Shown here: positions 29,105 to 37,294 of the stretch, in pieces | Layout of the letters: every line of letters starts with the position of its first letter | How positions within the stretch are numbered: the first letter of the stretch is position 1 | From: Candidatus Fervidifonticultor sextus | GTDB taxonomy: Bacteria > Sysuimicrobiota > Sysuimicrobiia > Sysuimicrobiales > Humicultoraceae | Direction of reading: 5' to 3' | Assembly (NCBI GenBank): GCA_031459875.1 | Contig: JAVKHQ010000002.1 | Location: forward strand, 1-64,000 | Length of the DNA stretch: 64,000 nucleotides | Position numbers and translations under genes: made by a program | The notes under the pieces: model-generated | Told to the model about the DNA's origin: nothing | Seen by the model: the letters and a program-made list of their open reading frames with translations, nothing else | Database searches by the model: none

Positions 29105-29794
29105 TCAGGCCGAGGGCTGGGCCGACGCGCCGACGGCCTCCACCACCGCCCTGACGAAGTCCGCCTCGGACACCGCACCCAGGACCTCGCCGGTCTCGTT
29201 GATCACCGTCTTGGGGACCGCGTACACCGCGTACCGCTGGGCCAGGTCGGGGAACTCGCTCGCCTCCCAGATGTCGGCCCGCACGTGCGGAGAGGCGATC
29301 GCCAGGTTGGCGGCCAGCCTGGCCGCCCGGGGGCAGTGGGGTCAGGTCGGGGTGACGAAGACCTGGAGGTGCGCCTCGCCGGGCAGCGCCGCCAGCGCCT
29401 CCATCGTCTGCGCGGAGACCGGCGCGCGCCCCCGGGAGACGTCCAGGATCACGTCCACCAGGGTCGCGAACTCGTAGCCGGCCGGCATGCCGAAGTAGCG
29501 CACGCCGAAGTCCTCCGCGCCGACGATGGCCGTGGCGGGCGCGCGCGCAATCCCGTACTGCGCCGCCAGCTCGGGCTCGCCGACCAGGCTGTGTTCCTCC
29601 AGCGTGATGCGGTCGGACAGCGCGGCGACCTCCTGGAGGATCCGGCGCGTGTACTCGGCCATCTCCCAGTCCTGGCCCGGCAGCGCCAGGCCCCCGGCAC
29701 TGGGCGCGAAGAACACCAGCCGGACCTCGTGCGCCATCTCCTCGGCGAACCGCTGGCGGAGGAATGCGGCATCCTGATCGTTGAGCAACGGCAT
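29105..29794 (-). CDS. Protein disulfide oxidoreductase (PDO/AhpF-N-like, two Trx folds), probable selenoprotein with Sec at TGA 29342-29344
   Basis: FVTPT-TGA-PHCP continues in frame as ...EASEFPDLAQRYAVYAVPKTVIN to the stop at 29105; hairpin 3' of the UGA. Confidence 0.85.
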
Positions 29795-29892
29795 GAGGGC
29801 TCCCTTCTCCTCGACCCTTCGCGCCAACGAGTCCACCCGGGCCCGTATTCCCCGCGGCAGGGGTCGGCGCCCCGGCGGGGAAAACAGCAGCG

Positions 29893-30264
29893 ATGGACCA
29901 GCAGCAGCCCTTCGAGGAAGACCTGAAGGTGCTGGCGCACCTGCGCGGGTATCCCGAGGACCTGCGGCACTACAGCAACCTGATCAAGCAGGCTCATCCC
30001 CGGGGCTCCTCGGCGCTGCGCCTGGTGCTGGGCCGGCCCGCGTCGTCCGCCTCGCTGATCGCGGCGGTGTGCCGGTACGTTGCCGAGGGCGTCCCGATCG
30101 CCAGCGCGGTGGAGGCGGCGGACCTCTTCGGCCTGCCGCCGGCACGGTTTCTCGACGAGGTGGCCTCCCGGCCGGACTTCCCCGCGCCGCTGTTCGCGGT
30201 GGAGCACAGGCGGCTGTGGCGGCGGTCGGACCTGGAGGCCTACCGGGCCCAGCAGTCGGGGTGA
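29893..30264 (+). CDS. Hypothetical protein with C-terminal AlpA/excisionase-like HTH
   Basis: AVEAADLFGL...RPDFPAPL...RLWRRSDLEAY. Confidence 0.55.
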   Translation: MDQQQPFEEDLKVLAHLRGYPEDLRHYSNLIKQAHPRGSSALRLVLGRPASSASLIAAVCRYVAEGVPIASAVEAADLFGLPPARFLDEVASRPDFPAPLFAVEHRRLWRRSDLEAYRAQQSG

Positions 30265-30270
30265 GGTCCG

Positions 30271-30477
30271 ATGGCGAAGGTGGCCCTTTGGGTGGTCTGC
30301 TCTAACTGCGGCACGACGTTCGACAGCGGGCTGCGGATGGACGAGCGATCCTTCCAGCGCGGCACCCTGGCCGCCAACTATCACACGTGCCCTCGCTGCG
30401 GCGTGCGGGAAACCTACCGCAAGGGAGACTACCAGACAAGACCCGCGCCGCCCGGGAGGCCGCTGCCAGCGCGGTGA
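30271..30477 (+). CDS. Small Zn-ribbon protein
   Basis: CSNC...CPRC; GAGG RBS; tightly coupled to neighbours. Confidence 0.65.
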   Translation: MAKVALWVVCSNCGTTFDSGLRMDERSFQRGTLAANYHTCPRCGVRETYRKGDYQTRPAPPGRPLPAR

Positions 30478-30478
30478 G

Positions 30479-31630
30479 ATGACCGGTCGCGTCGCCGTCG
30501 TCGGGGTGGGGTGGACCGGCTTCCGCCCGGTCTCGCCCGAGGTGTCGTACAAGGAACTCATGTACGAGGCCGCCGCCCGCGCCTACGCCGACGCCGGCAT
30601 CGACCCCCGGCGCGACGTGGACAGTTTCGTTACCGTCGCCGAGGACTTCCACGAAGGGACCAGCATCTTCGACGAGTACGTGCCCGACCAGCTGGGCGCC
30701 GCCCAGCGTCCGGTGCACACCATCACCGGGGACGGCCTCCACGCCCTGGCCGCGGCGGTCATGCAGATCCTCACCGGTCGGTTCCGCATCGTGGTCGTCG
30801 AGGGCCACAGCAAGGCCAGCAACATCCTCACGCTGCCGGGGATCACCGCCTACGCGCTGGATCCGGTACTCAACCGGCCCCTCGGCGTGCATCCGGTCGC
30901 TGTGGCCGGGCTGGAGGCCAGCCGGTACCTGCACGAGAGCCGGACGACGCGCGAACAGTGCGCCGCGGTCGTCGCCAAGAACCGCCGCCACGCACTAGGC
31001 AATCCGTCCGCGGCTTATGGGGCGGACGTCTCCGCAGACGACGTGCTGGCCGCCGAGGTCGTCGCGAGCCCGCTCGGACGCCTGGAGGTCAGCGACAGCG
31101 CCGACGGCGCCATCGTCATGGTCCTCGCCGACGAACCGACGGCGCGGCACCTGTCGGCGCACCCCGTCTGGGTGCGCGGGGTGGGCTGGGCCACCGACAG
31201 CCCGACGCTGGAGAGCCGCGCCTGGGCCCGGGCGGTCTACGCCGAGCGCGCGGCGGCGATGGCCTACCGGATGGCGGGGATCGCCGACCCCAGGGAGGCC
31301 ATTCAGTTCGCCGAGGTGGACGACACGTACGCCTTCAAGGAACTGCAGCACCTGGAAGCGCTGGGGCTCTGCGCCTGGGGCGAGGCCGGCCGCCTGACGG
31401 CCGACGGTGCCACTGCCGCCGGAGGACGCCTGCCGGTCAACGTGTCGGGGGGGAGCCTGGGCGGCGGGCACCTGCTGGAAGCCAGCGGCCTGGCGCGCGC
31501 GCTGGAGGTCGTCCTGCAACTGCGGGGAGAAGCCGGCGCCCGTCAGCTCCACGGCGTCACCACGGGCCTGGCGCAGTCCTGGCGCGGCGTCCCGACCGCC
31601 AGCGGCGCCGTGGCGGTGATGGCGTCATGA
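30479..31630 (+). CDS. Thiolase-superfamily (SCP-x type) protein A
   Basis: VAVVGVG, KNRRHALGNP, SDSADGA, VNVSGGSLGGGH, QLRGEAG. Confidence 0.85.
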   Translation: MTGRVAVVGVGWTGFRPVSPEVSYKELMYEAAARAYADAGIDPRRDVDSFVTVAEDFHEGTSIFDEYVPDQLGAAQRPVHTITGDGLHALAAAVMQILTGRFRIVVVEGHSKASNILTLPGITAYALDPVLNRPLGVHPVAVAGLEASRYLHESRTTREQCAAVVAKNRRHALGNPSAAYGADVSADDVLAAEVVASPLGRLEVSDSADGAIVMVLADEPTARHLSAHPVWVRGVGWATDSPTLESRAWARAVYAERAAAMAYRMAGIADPREAIQFAEVDDTYAFKELQHLEALGLCAWGEAGRLTADGATAAGGRLPVNVSGGSLGGGHLLEASGLARALEVVLQLRGEAGARQLHGVTTGLAQSWRGVPTASGAVAVMAS

Positions 31631-32805
31631 GCATGCGGCGGGTGGCCGTGGTCGGGGCCGGGATGACCCGCTTCGTCCGGCGGGCCCTGGAGACGCCAAA
31701 GGAACTCGCCTGGCAGGCGGCCCGGGCGGCGCTGGAGTCCTGTGGGCTCGGCCTCGACCGGGTCGACGGCGTCTGCATCGGCAGCGCGCCCGATGCCTTC
31801 GACGGCGTGCACATGAAGGGCGAGTACCTGGCCGACGGCTCGGGGGGGTGGGGCAAGCCGACCATGCGGTCCTACGTCGGCGGGGGGACGGGCGTGTTCG
31901 TCGCGGCGCAGGCGTGGTACCACGTGGCCAGCGGCCTGTTCGATGTGGTGCTGGCGGTGGCCGAGGAGAAGATGTCGAGTTACTCCCCGCACGCCCAGGC
32001 CGCCTTCCTCACGATCTTCGACCACACGACGGAACGCCCGCTGCAGCCCAACCTCCTGTGGATCTTCGCGCTGGAGATGAACCGCTACATGCAGACCTAC
32101 GGCATCTCCAAGCGCGACATCGCGCTCGTGGCCGTGAAGAACAAGCGCAACGCCGCCGACCATCCCGCCGCGATGCTGGGCGAGGCCGACATCACCGTGG
32201 AGGACGTGCTGAACTCCGAGGTCCTGGCCTGGCCGGTCCAGCGCCTGGACGTCAGCCCGGTGAGCGACGGGGCGGTCGCCGTCGTCTTCGCCGCGGAAGA
32301 GGCCGCTGCCCGCATCACCGACCGGCCGGTCTGGGTGCAGGGCGTCGGGTGGAACCTCGACACCGCCTACTGGACGAACCGCGATCTCGCCTACCCGGAG
32401 TACGTGGAACGCGCGGCCCGGATGGCCTACGAGATGGCGGGCGTCCGCGAGCCACGCAGGGAGATCCACATCGTCGAGCCCTACGATCCCTTCGACTACA
32501 AGGAACTCCACCACCTGGAAGGGTTGCTGCTCGCCGATCGCGGGAAGGCGCCGGAACTGGTGGCCCAGGGCGTGACGCGGCGCGATGGGACGATGCCGTC
32601 GTGTCCGTCCGGGGGGCTGCTCGGCGTGGGCAACCCCATCGCCGCCGCCGGCCTGATGAAGGTCGCAGAACTGTTCTGGCAACTGCGGGGCGAGGCGGGC
32701 CGGCGGCAGGTGCCGGGGCGGCCCGAACGGGGCCTGGCGCAGGCGTGGGGCGACCTGATGCAGGTGGGGACGGTCGTGATCCTCGGCACGCGGCGGCCCG
32801 GGTGA
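31627..32805 (+). CDS. Thiolase-superfamily (SCP-x type) protein B
   Basis: VAVVGAGMT, EEKMS, VKNKRNA, SPVSDGA, PSGGLLGVGNP. Confidence 0.85.
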   Translation: MSMRRVAVVGAGMTRFVRRALETPKELAWQAARAALESCGLGLDRVDGVCIGSAPDAFDGVHMKGEYLADGSGGWGKPTMRSYVGGGTGVFVAAQAWYHVASGLFDVVLAVAEEKMSSYSPHAQAAFLTIFDHTTERPLQPNLLWIFALEMNRYMQTYGISKRDIALVAVKNKRNAADHPAAMLGEADITVEDVLNSEVLAWPVQRLDVSPVSDGAVAVVFAAEEAAARITDRPVWVQGVGWNLDTAYWTNRDLAYPEYVERAARMAYEMAGVREPRREIHIVEPYDPFDYKELHHLEGLLLADRGKAPELVAQGVTRRDGTMPSCPSGGLLGVGNPIAAAGLMKVAELFWQLRGEAGRRQVPGRPERGLAQAWGDLMQVGTVVILGTRRPG

Positions 32806-32811
32806 GGCGGA

Positions 32812-32847
32812 TGAGGAGGCTCCGGACGGTGAGGAGGCTCCGGACGG
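32812..32847 (+). repeat. Perfect 18-bp tandem duplication
   Basis: TGAGGAGGCTCCGGACGG twice. Confidence 0.9.
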
Positions 32848-32848
32848 G

Positions 32849-33364
32849 ATGAAGGAGCGCACCGCACCCCTGCCCGCCACGGCGCTGACCGAGGCGGACA
32901 TTGCCGGCGGGCGCGTGCTCTCGGTGCAGTCCCGCCTGCGGGCGGAATATGCCTGGGACGCGGGACTGGCCATCGGCCGCTACCTGGAGGGCTTGCAGGC
33001 TGGGCTGATCCTCGGCGTCCACTGCCGCCGCTGCCGGCGGACCGTGGTGCCGCCCCGGGCGTTCTGCGAGCAGTGCTTCGGCCCCATGGACGCGTTCGTG
33101 CCCCTGGCAGACACCGGGACCGTGAACACCTTCTCGCTGTGCTACGTCACCTGGGACGTCCAGCGCGTCGAGCAGCCGTTGATTCCGGCGGTGATCGACC
33201 TCGACGGCACCTCGCCCCGCTGCGGCATCCTCCATCTGCTCGGCGGGATCAGGCCCGACGCCGTGCGGGTCGGCCTGCGCGTGCGGGCGGTGTGGAAGCC
33301 CGCGGGCAGGCGTCAGGGCGCCATCACCGACATCCGCTACTTCAAGCCGGTGGGGCGAGGCTAG
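32849..33364 (+). CDS. DUF35 Zn-ribbon/OB-fold protein
   Basis: CRRC...PPRAFCEQC, GTVNTFS, GLRVRAVW. Confidence 0.88.
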   Translation: MKERTAPLPATALTEADIAGGRVLSVQSRLRAEYAWDAGLAIGRYLEGLQAGLILGVHCRRCRRTVVPPRAFCEQCFGPMDAFVPLADTGTVNTFSLCYVTWDVQRVEQPLIPAVIDLDGTSPRCGILHLLGGIRPDAVRVGLRVRAVWKPAGRRQGAITDIRYFKPVGRG

Positions 33365-33366
33365 CG

Positions 33367-33837
33367 ATGCCGCTGGAACCGACGCTGCACGTCCAGCGGC
33401 TGCGGGCCTGGCGGGGGACCCTGCCGGTCGCCAGCCGCTACACGTACGGTCCGGCCGGAGAGCGGTTCTTCCGCGCGCTCAAGGACGAGGCGCGGCTGCT
33501 GGCGACCCGCTGCGGACGCTGCGGGATCACCTACGTCCCCGGCAGGTTGTTCTGCGAGCGCTGCTTCGACGAGTTGAACGAGTGGATCGAGGTGGGACCG
33601 GCAGGCACCGTGGAGGCGGTGACCACGGTGCACTGGGGACCGGACGGCTCACGCCTGGAGCGGCCGGTCCTGCTGGCGCTGGTCCGACCGGACGGCGCCG
33701 ATACCGTGCTCGTCCACTATCTGGGGAATGTGTCGCCTGCCGACGTCAGGATCGGGTTGCGGGTCAGACCCGCCTTCAAGCCCCCGGGACAGCGGACGGG
33801 CTCAATCCTGGACATCGTGCACTTCACGCCGGCATAG
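33367..33837 (+). CDS. DUF35 Zn-ribbon/OB-fold protein
   Basis: CGRC...PGRLFCERC, GTVEAVT, IGLRVRPAF. Confidence 0.88.
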   Translation: MPLEPTLHVQRLRAWRGTLPVASRYTYGPAGERFFRALKDEARLLATRCGRCGITYVPGRLFCERCFDELNEWIEVGPAGTVEAVTTVHWGPDGSRLERPVLLALVRPDGADTVLVHYLGNVSPADVRIGLRVRPAFKPPGQRTGSILDIVHFTPA

Positions 33838-33888
33838 AGGGGTCGGTCGAGGGTCCGACCCGGAGAGCACGTTCGAGCGGAGGGGCCG

Positions 33889-34386
33889 TTACCGCCGGGA
33901 GTGGTGCCCCTCGACGATGCGGCGCATGTCTTCCAGCAGGCGGAGGGTGTCGGCCTCGAAAGTCTCCTGGATCAGGGCGAACTTCCCCAATTGCTCGGGC
34001 GTCAGGACTGCGGCGATGGCCTGCAACTCACGCTGCCGACGGATGTTCATCTCGGCGCGCAGCGCGTTCAACTCGGCCACCCGGGCCCGGATCACCTCGT
34101 CGTCCCGCGGGGTCTGCGCCGTCAACTGCCTGATCTCTCGCACCAGCGGCCGCGCCCGGCGCCCCATCTCCAGCCGGATGTTCTTCAACGCCTTGATCCG
34201 GGGCAGGATCTTGACGATCTGGCCCTCGGCCAGGTCCAGTTCGTCCACCAGGCGCCAGAGCAGGAACGCCTCGATGATCCGCTCGCCTCTGGGGGTGGGC
34301 TGGACTTCCTGACCCGCCGCGGGCAGGACGAGGGCGGCGGCCGCGATGAGCAGCCCGGCCAGCAGGCGCCCGGGTGACGCGATCAC
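33889..34386 (-). CDS. Secreted Spy/CpxP-like (LTxxQ) protein
   Basis: Signal peptide, ELDLAEGQ, VLTPEQ; third gene of the ECF module. Confidence 0.65.
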   Translation of the reverse strand: MIASPGRLLAGLLIAAAALVLPAAGQEVQPTPRGERIIEAFLLWRLVDELDLAEGQIVKILPRIKALKNIRLEMGRRARPLVREIRQLTAQTPRDDEVIRARVAELNALRAEMNIRRQRELQAIAAVLTPEQLGKFALIQETFEADTLRLLEDMRRIVEGHHSRR

Positions 34387-34898
34387 GGCGGCCTCCGGTC
34401 GGTGACGCCATCGGTCTCGAGCACGAGGCCCGCCCGCCACGTGTCGAGCACCTCTCCCAGCGACGGGAGCGTGGCGGACATCGTCTCGGTCACCAGCCCG
34501 CGGGCGCGGAGGGTGACGGGATCGGGCGCGGGAGAGCGCGGCGGGGTCAGCCGCACCGCCGCGGAGACCGCGAGCGCCAGCGCCGCGGCGGCGGCCAGCG
34601 TTCCCCAGGCATGGCGCGGTGAGGCCATCCACCGGCGCATGCGGAGGGGCCACGGCTGCCGCTCCAGGGCGATCCGCGCCTGGAGCCGGTCGGTGAACTC
34701 CGCCCAGAAGCCGGGCGGCACGGCGAACGCTCCGGCACCGCGCAGCCGCGCCACCGTGGTCTCGATGGCGGCCGCCTCACGGCGACAGCCGGCGCAGACC
34801 GCCAGGTGCTCGGCGATCCCGGTGCGGTCCTGCGGCGACAGCGTCCCGGTGGTTGCCTCGACCAGGCACTCGAGCACCTGGCGGCAGCGCGGCGTCAC
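34383..34898 (-). CDS. Anti-sigma factor with zf-HC2 (ZAS) domain
   Basis: C...HLAVCAGC followed by one TM helix; overlaps the sigma stop. Confidence 0.8.
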   Translation of the reverse strand: MTPRCRQVLECLVEATTGTLSPQDRTGIAEHLAVCAGCRREAAAIETTVARLRGAGAFAVPPGFWAEFTDRLQARIALERQPWPLRMRRWMASPRHAWGTLAAAAALALAVSAAVRLTPPRSPAPDPVTLRARGLVTETMSATLPSLGEVLDTWRAGLVLETDGVTDRRPP

Positions 34899-35461
34899 GG
34901 CGCGCGCACCCCCTGCGCCTCCAGCGTCTGGCGCAGCCTCCGCACCGCAGCGAACATCGTCGCCTTCACGGTCCCTTCCGAGCAGCCCATGATGCGGGCG
35001 ATCTCCTGATAGGGGAGGTCCTGGTACAGCCGCAGGACGGCCATGGCCCGCTGCCGCGGCGGCAGCGCCGCCACCGCACGCGCGATGAGCCAGCCGAGCT
35101 CGCGCCTCTGGGCCTCCTCGTCGAGGCCCGGTGTGGCCAGGCGGTCCAGCAGGCTCTCGTCGGCGTCGGGCAGCGAGATCCGGGCGCGCCGGTCTCGGGC
35201 GTCCAGGCACAGGTTGACGGTGATCCGGTAGAGCCAGGTGGAGAGCTGCGAACGGCCGTCGAACCGAGGGAGCGCCCGGTGGGCGCGGATGAAGACCTCC
35301 TGGGTCACGTCCGCGGCATCCTCGTGGCTGCCGAGCATGCGCCGCGCGACGCGGTAGACCCCCTCGCGGTACTTGATCACCAGCGCAGCGAACGCGCTCT
35401 CTTCGCCGCGTCTGAAGGCCTCCAGGAGGTGGCGGTCCTCGGCGTCCACGATCGCCATCAT
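34895..35461 (-). CDS. ECF RNA polymerase sigma factor
   Basis: DAADVTQEVF, STWLYRITVNLC, YQEIARIMGCSEGTVK. Confidence 0.92.
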   Translation of the reverse strand: MMAIVDAEDRHLLEAFRRGEESAFAALVIKYREGVYRVARRMLGSHEDAADVTQEVFIRAHRALPRFDGRSQLSTWLYRITVNLCLDARDRRARISLPDADESLLDRLATPGLDEEAQRRELGWLIARAVAALPPRQRAMAVLRLYQDLPYQEIARIMGCSEGTVKATMFAAVRRLRQTLEAQGVRAP

Positions 35462-35567
35462 TCATTGTAACATCGCGCAAAAGATCCGGGTTTAGTCGAT
35501 CGCTCCGGCGTGGAAAAAGGTGCTACTATTAGAACACGACACACATCCAAAGGGGGGAGAGAGCCAC

Positions 35568-36194
35568 ATGCCATTCGAACTGCCTCCGCTGCCGTACGCG
35601 TACAACGCGCTGGAACCGCACATCGACGAGCAGACCATGCGCATCCACCACGACAAACACCACGGCACGTACGTGACGAACCTGAACAAGGCGCTGGAGA
35701 GCGCGGCGAACCTGCAGGGGAAGACCATCGAGGACCTCCTGATGAACCTGGCTGCCGTGCCCGAGTCCATCCGCACGGCGGTGCGGAACAACGGGGGCGG
35801 CCACTACAACCACACGATGTTCTGGAACATCATGGGTCCCGGTGGGGGCGGCGCGCCGGGGGGCGACCTGGCGAAGGACATCGCCGCCACCTTCGGCTCG
35901 TTTGACGCCTTCAAGGAGGCGGTGAACAACGCCGGGCTGGGCCGGTTCGGTTCGGGCTGGGCCTGGCTCGTGCTCGACGGCAACGGCAAGTTGACGGTCA
36001 CCAGCACGCCCAACCAGGACAACCCCCTGATGGACGGCCAGAAACCCATCATGGGCGTGGACGTCTGGGAGCACGCCTACTACCTGAAGTATCAGAACCG
36101 GCGGGCCGACTACCTGCAGGCGTGGTGGAACACGGTCAACTGGAAGGAAGTGGAGGCGCGGTACGCGAGGGCCAGGCAGGGGACGCTCCCCTAG
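35568..36194 (+). CDS. sodA: Superoxide dismutase, Mn-type signature
   Basis: [34 protein letters not shown]. Confidence 0.95.
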   Translation: MPFELPPLPYAYNALEPHIDEQTMRIHHDKHHGTYVTNLNKALESAANLQGKTIEDLLMNLAAVPESIRTAVRNNGGGHYNHTMFWNIMGPGGGGAPGGDLAKDIAATFGSFDAFKEAVNNAGLGRFGSGWAWLVLDGNGKLTVTSTPNQDNPLMDGQKPIMGVDVWEHAYYLKYQNRRADYLQAWWNTVNWKEVEARYARARQGTLP

Positions 36195-36295
36195 CGCCGC
36201 CGGGCTCCGCCGTCGTGGCGGGATCGGGCAGAGCAGCAGGAGGCCGGTGGCCGAGAGCCGAAGCCGAACCATGCGCAGCGTGAAGGTGGAGGGCC

Positions 36296-36478
36296 ATGGA
36301 AGAGGTCGAGCTGTGTTGCCCCTACTGTGAAGCGGTGATGGAGCAGCGCTTTCACCTGCACATGCCGGAGTTCGTCTGGTACGAGTGCCCCATCTGCGGG
36401 CATCGCGCCGAACCGCGCGGCGGGCACTACGTGACGCCCGAGGACGAGGCCGAGACCTACCAGCCGTCGCCCTACTAG
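36296..36478 (+). CDS. Small Zn-finger (CPxC) protein
   Basis: CPYC...CPICGH; GGAGG RBS. Confidence 0.55.
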   Translation: MEEVELCCPYCEAVMEQRFHLHMPEFVWYECPICGHRAEPRGGHYVTPEDEAETYQPSPY

Positions 36479-36507
36479 CCGCGCCCGCCTGTCGGCCTCT
36501 CTGCGGG

Positions 36508-37284
36508 TCAGGCCTGCTCCGGGGCCAGCCGCTCCTTGACCGCGGCCACGATGTGGTCTGCGAGCCGGTCCAGGATGGCCTCGCCGATCTCGGGCCGCGC
36601 GCGGGTGGCATCCCCGATGATGCCGTTGGGCGTCACGGCTCGCAGCCCGCGCCGGAAGAGGTCGTCGGGATCGATCGGCCCCACCAGCCCCCGCTCCAGA
36701 CGCCCGGCGTCCACCAGATGCGGGTGGAGCCGCATCATGATCGAGGTCTCCGTGGCGTCGGCGTGGATGACCTCCACGTCCTGGGGGGCGCCGAGGCCCG
36801 AGGCGGTCTCCACCATCAGCCGGGACATCGCCATCAGGTCCCGACGTCCTGCGAACTCGACGATCCGTACCCCCCGCTGCCCGAACTCCTCGCGCAGCCG
36901 GCGGGCAGCGATCTCCAGGGCATCGAAGTTCCCGCCGTGCGACGAGAGCAGCACGAAGGTGTCGAACCCGTGCGGGACCAGCGACCGGACGTAGGCCATG
37001 ACGGTCTGGATGAGGACCTCCTGCGGCACCGACAGGCTGCCGGGAAACGCCAGGTGGTGGTCGGAGCAGCCGGGCCGGATCACCGGGGCCAGCAGCGCCC
37101 GGCCGAGCCGGCGCGCCACCCGCTCGCCGACCGCGTGGCCGATGGCCGCGTCGGTGACCATCGGGAGGTGCGGGCCGTGTTGCTCGACGGACGCGGTCAC
37201 GATCACGACGGTGCGGACGCCGGCGCCCAGGGCCTGCTCCACGTCCGGCCAGGAGAGTTCTTCCAGCAGCACGGTGTCCTTCAT
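36508..37284 (-). CDS. Creatininase/ArfB/MftE-family amidohydrolase
   Basis: SVEQHGPHLPMVTD, SDHHLAFPG, HGGN, HADATETS, NGIIGD. Confidence 0.9.
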   Translation of the reverse strand: MKDTVLLEELSWPDVEQALGAGVRTVVIVTASVEQHGPHLPMVTDAAIGHAVGERVARRLGRALLAPVIRPGCSDHHLAFPGSLSVPQEVLIQTVMAYVRSLVPHGFDTFVLLSSHGGNFDALEIAARRLREEFGQRGVRIVEFAGRRDLMAMSRLMVETASGLGAPQDVEVIHADATETSIMMRLHPHLVDAGRLERGLVGPIDPDDLFRRGLRAVTPNGIIGDATRARPEIGEAILDRLADHIVAAVKERLAPEQA

Positions 37285-37294
37285 CTCGTCCTCC

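Noticed and set aside
36508..37284. Mycofactocin peptidase MftE / RiPP cluster
   Set aside because: No mftA/B/C or precursor peptide nearby; the radical SAM at 24 kb is not SPASM-type and is unlinked.
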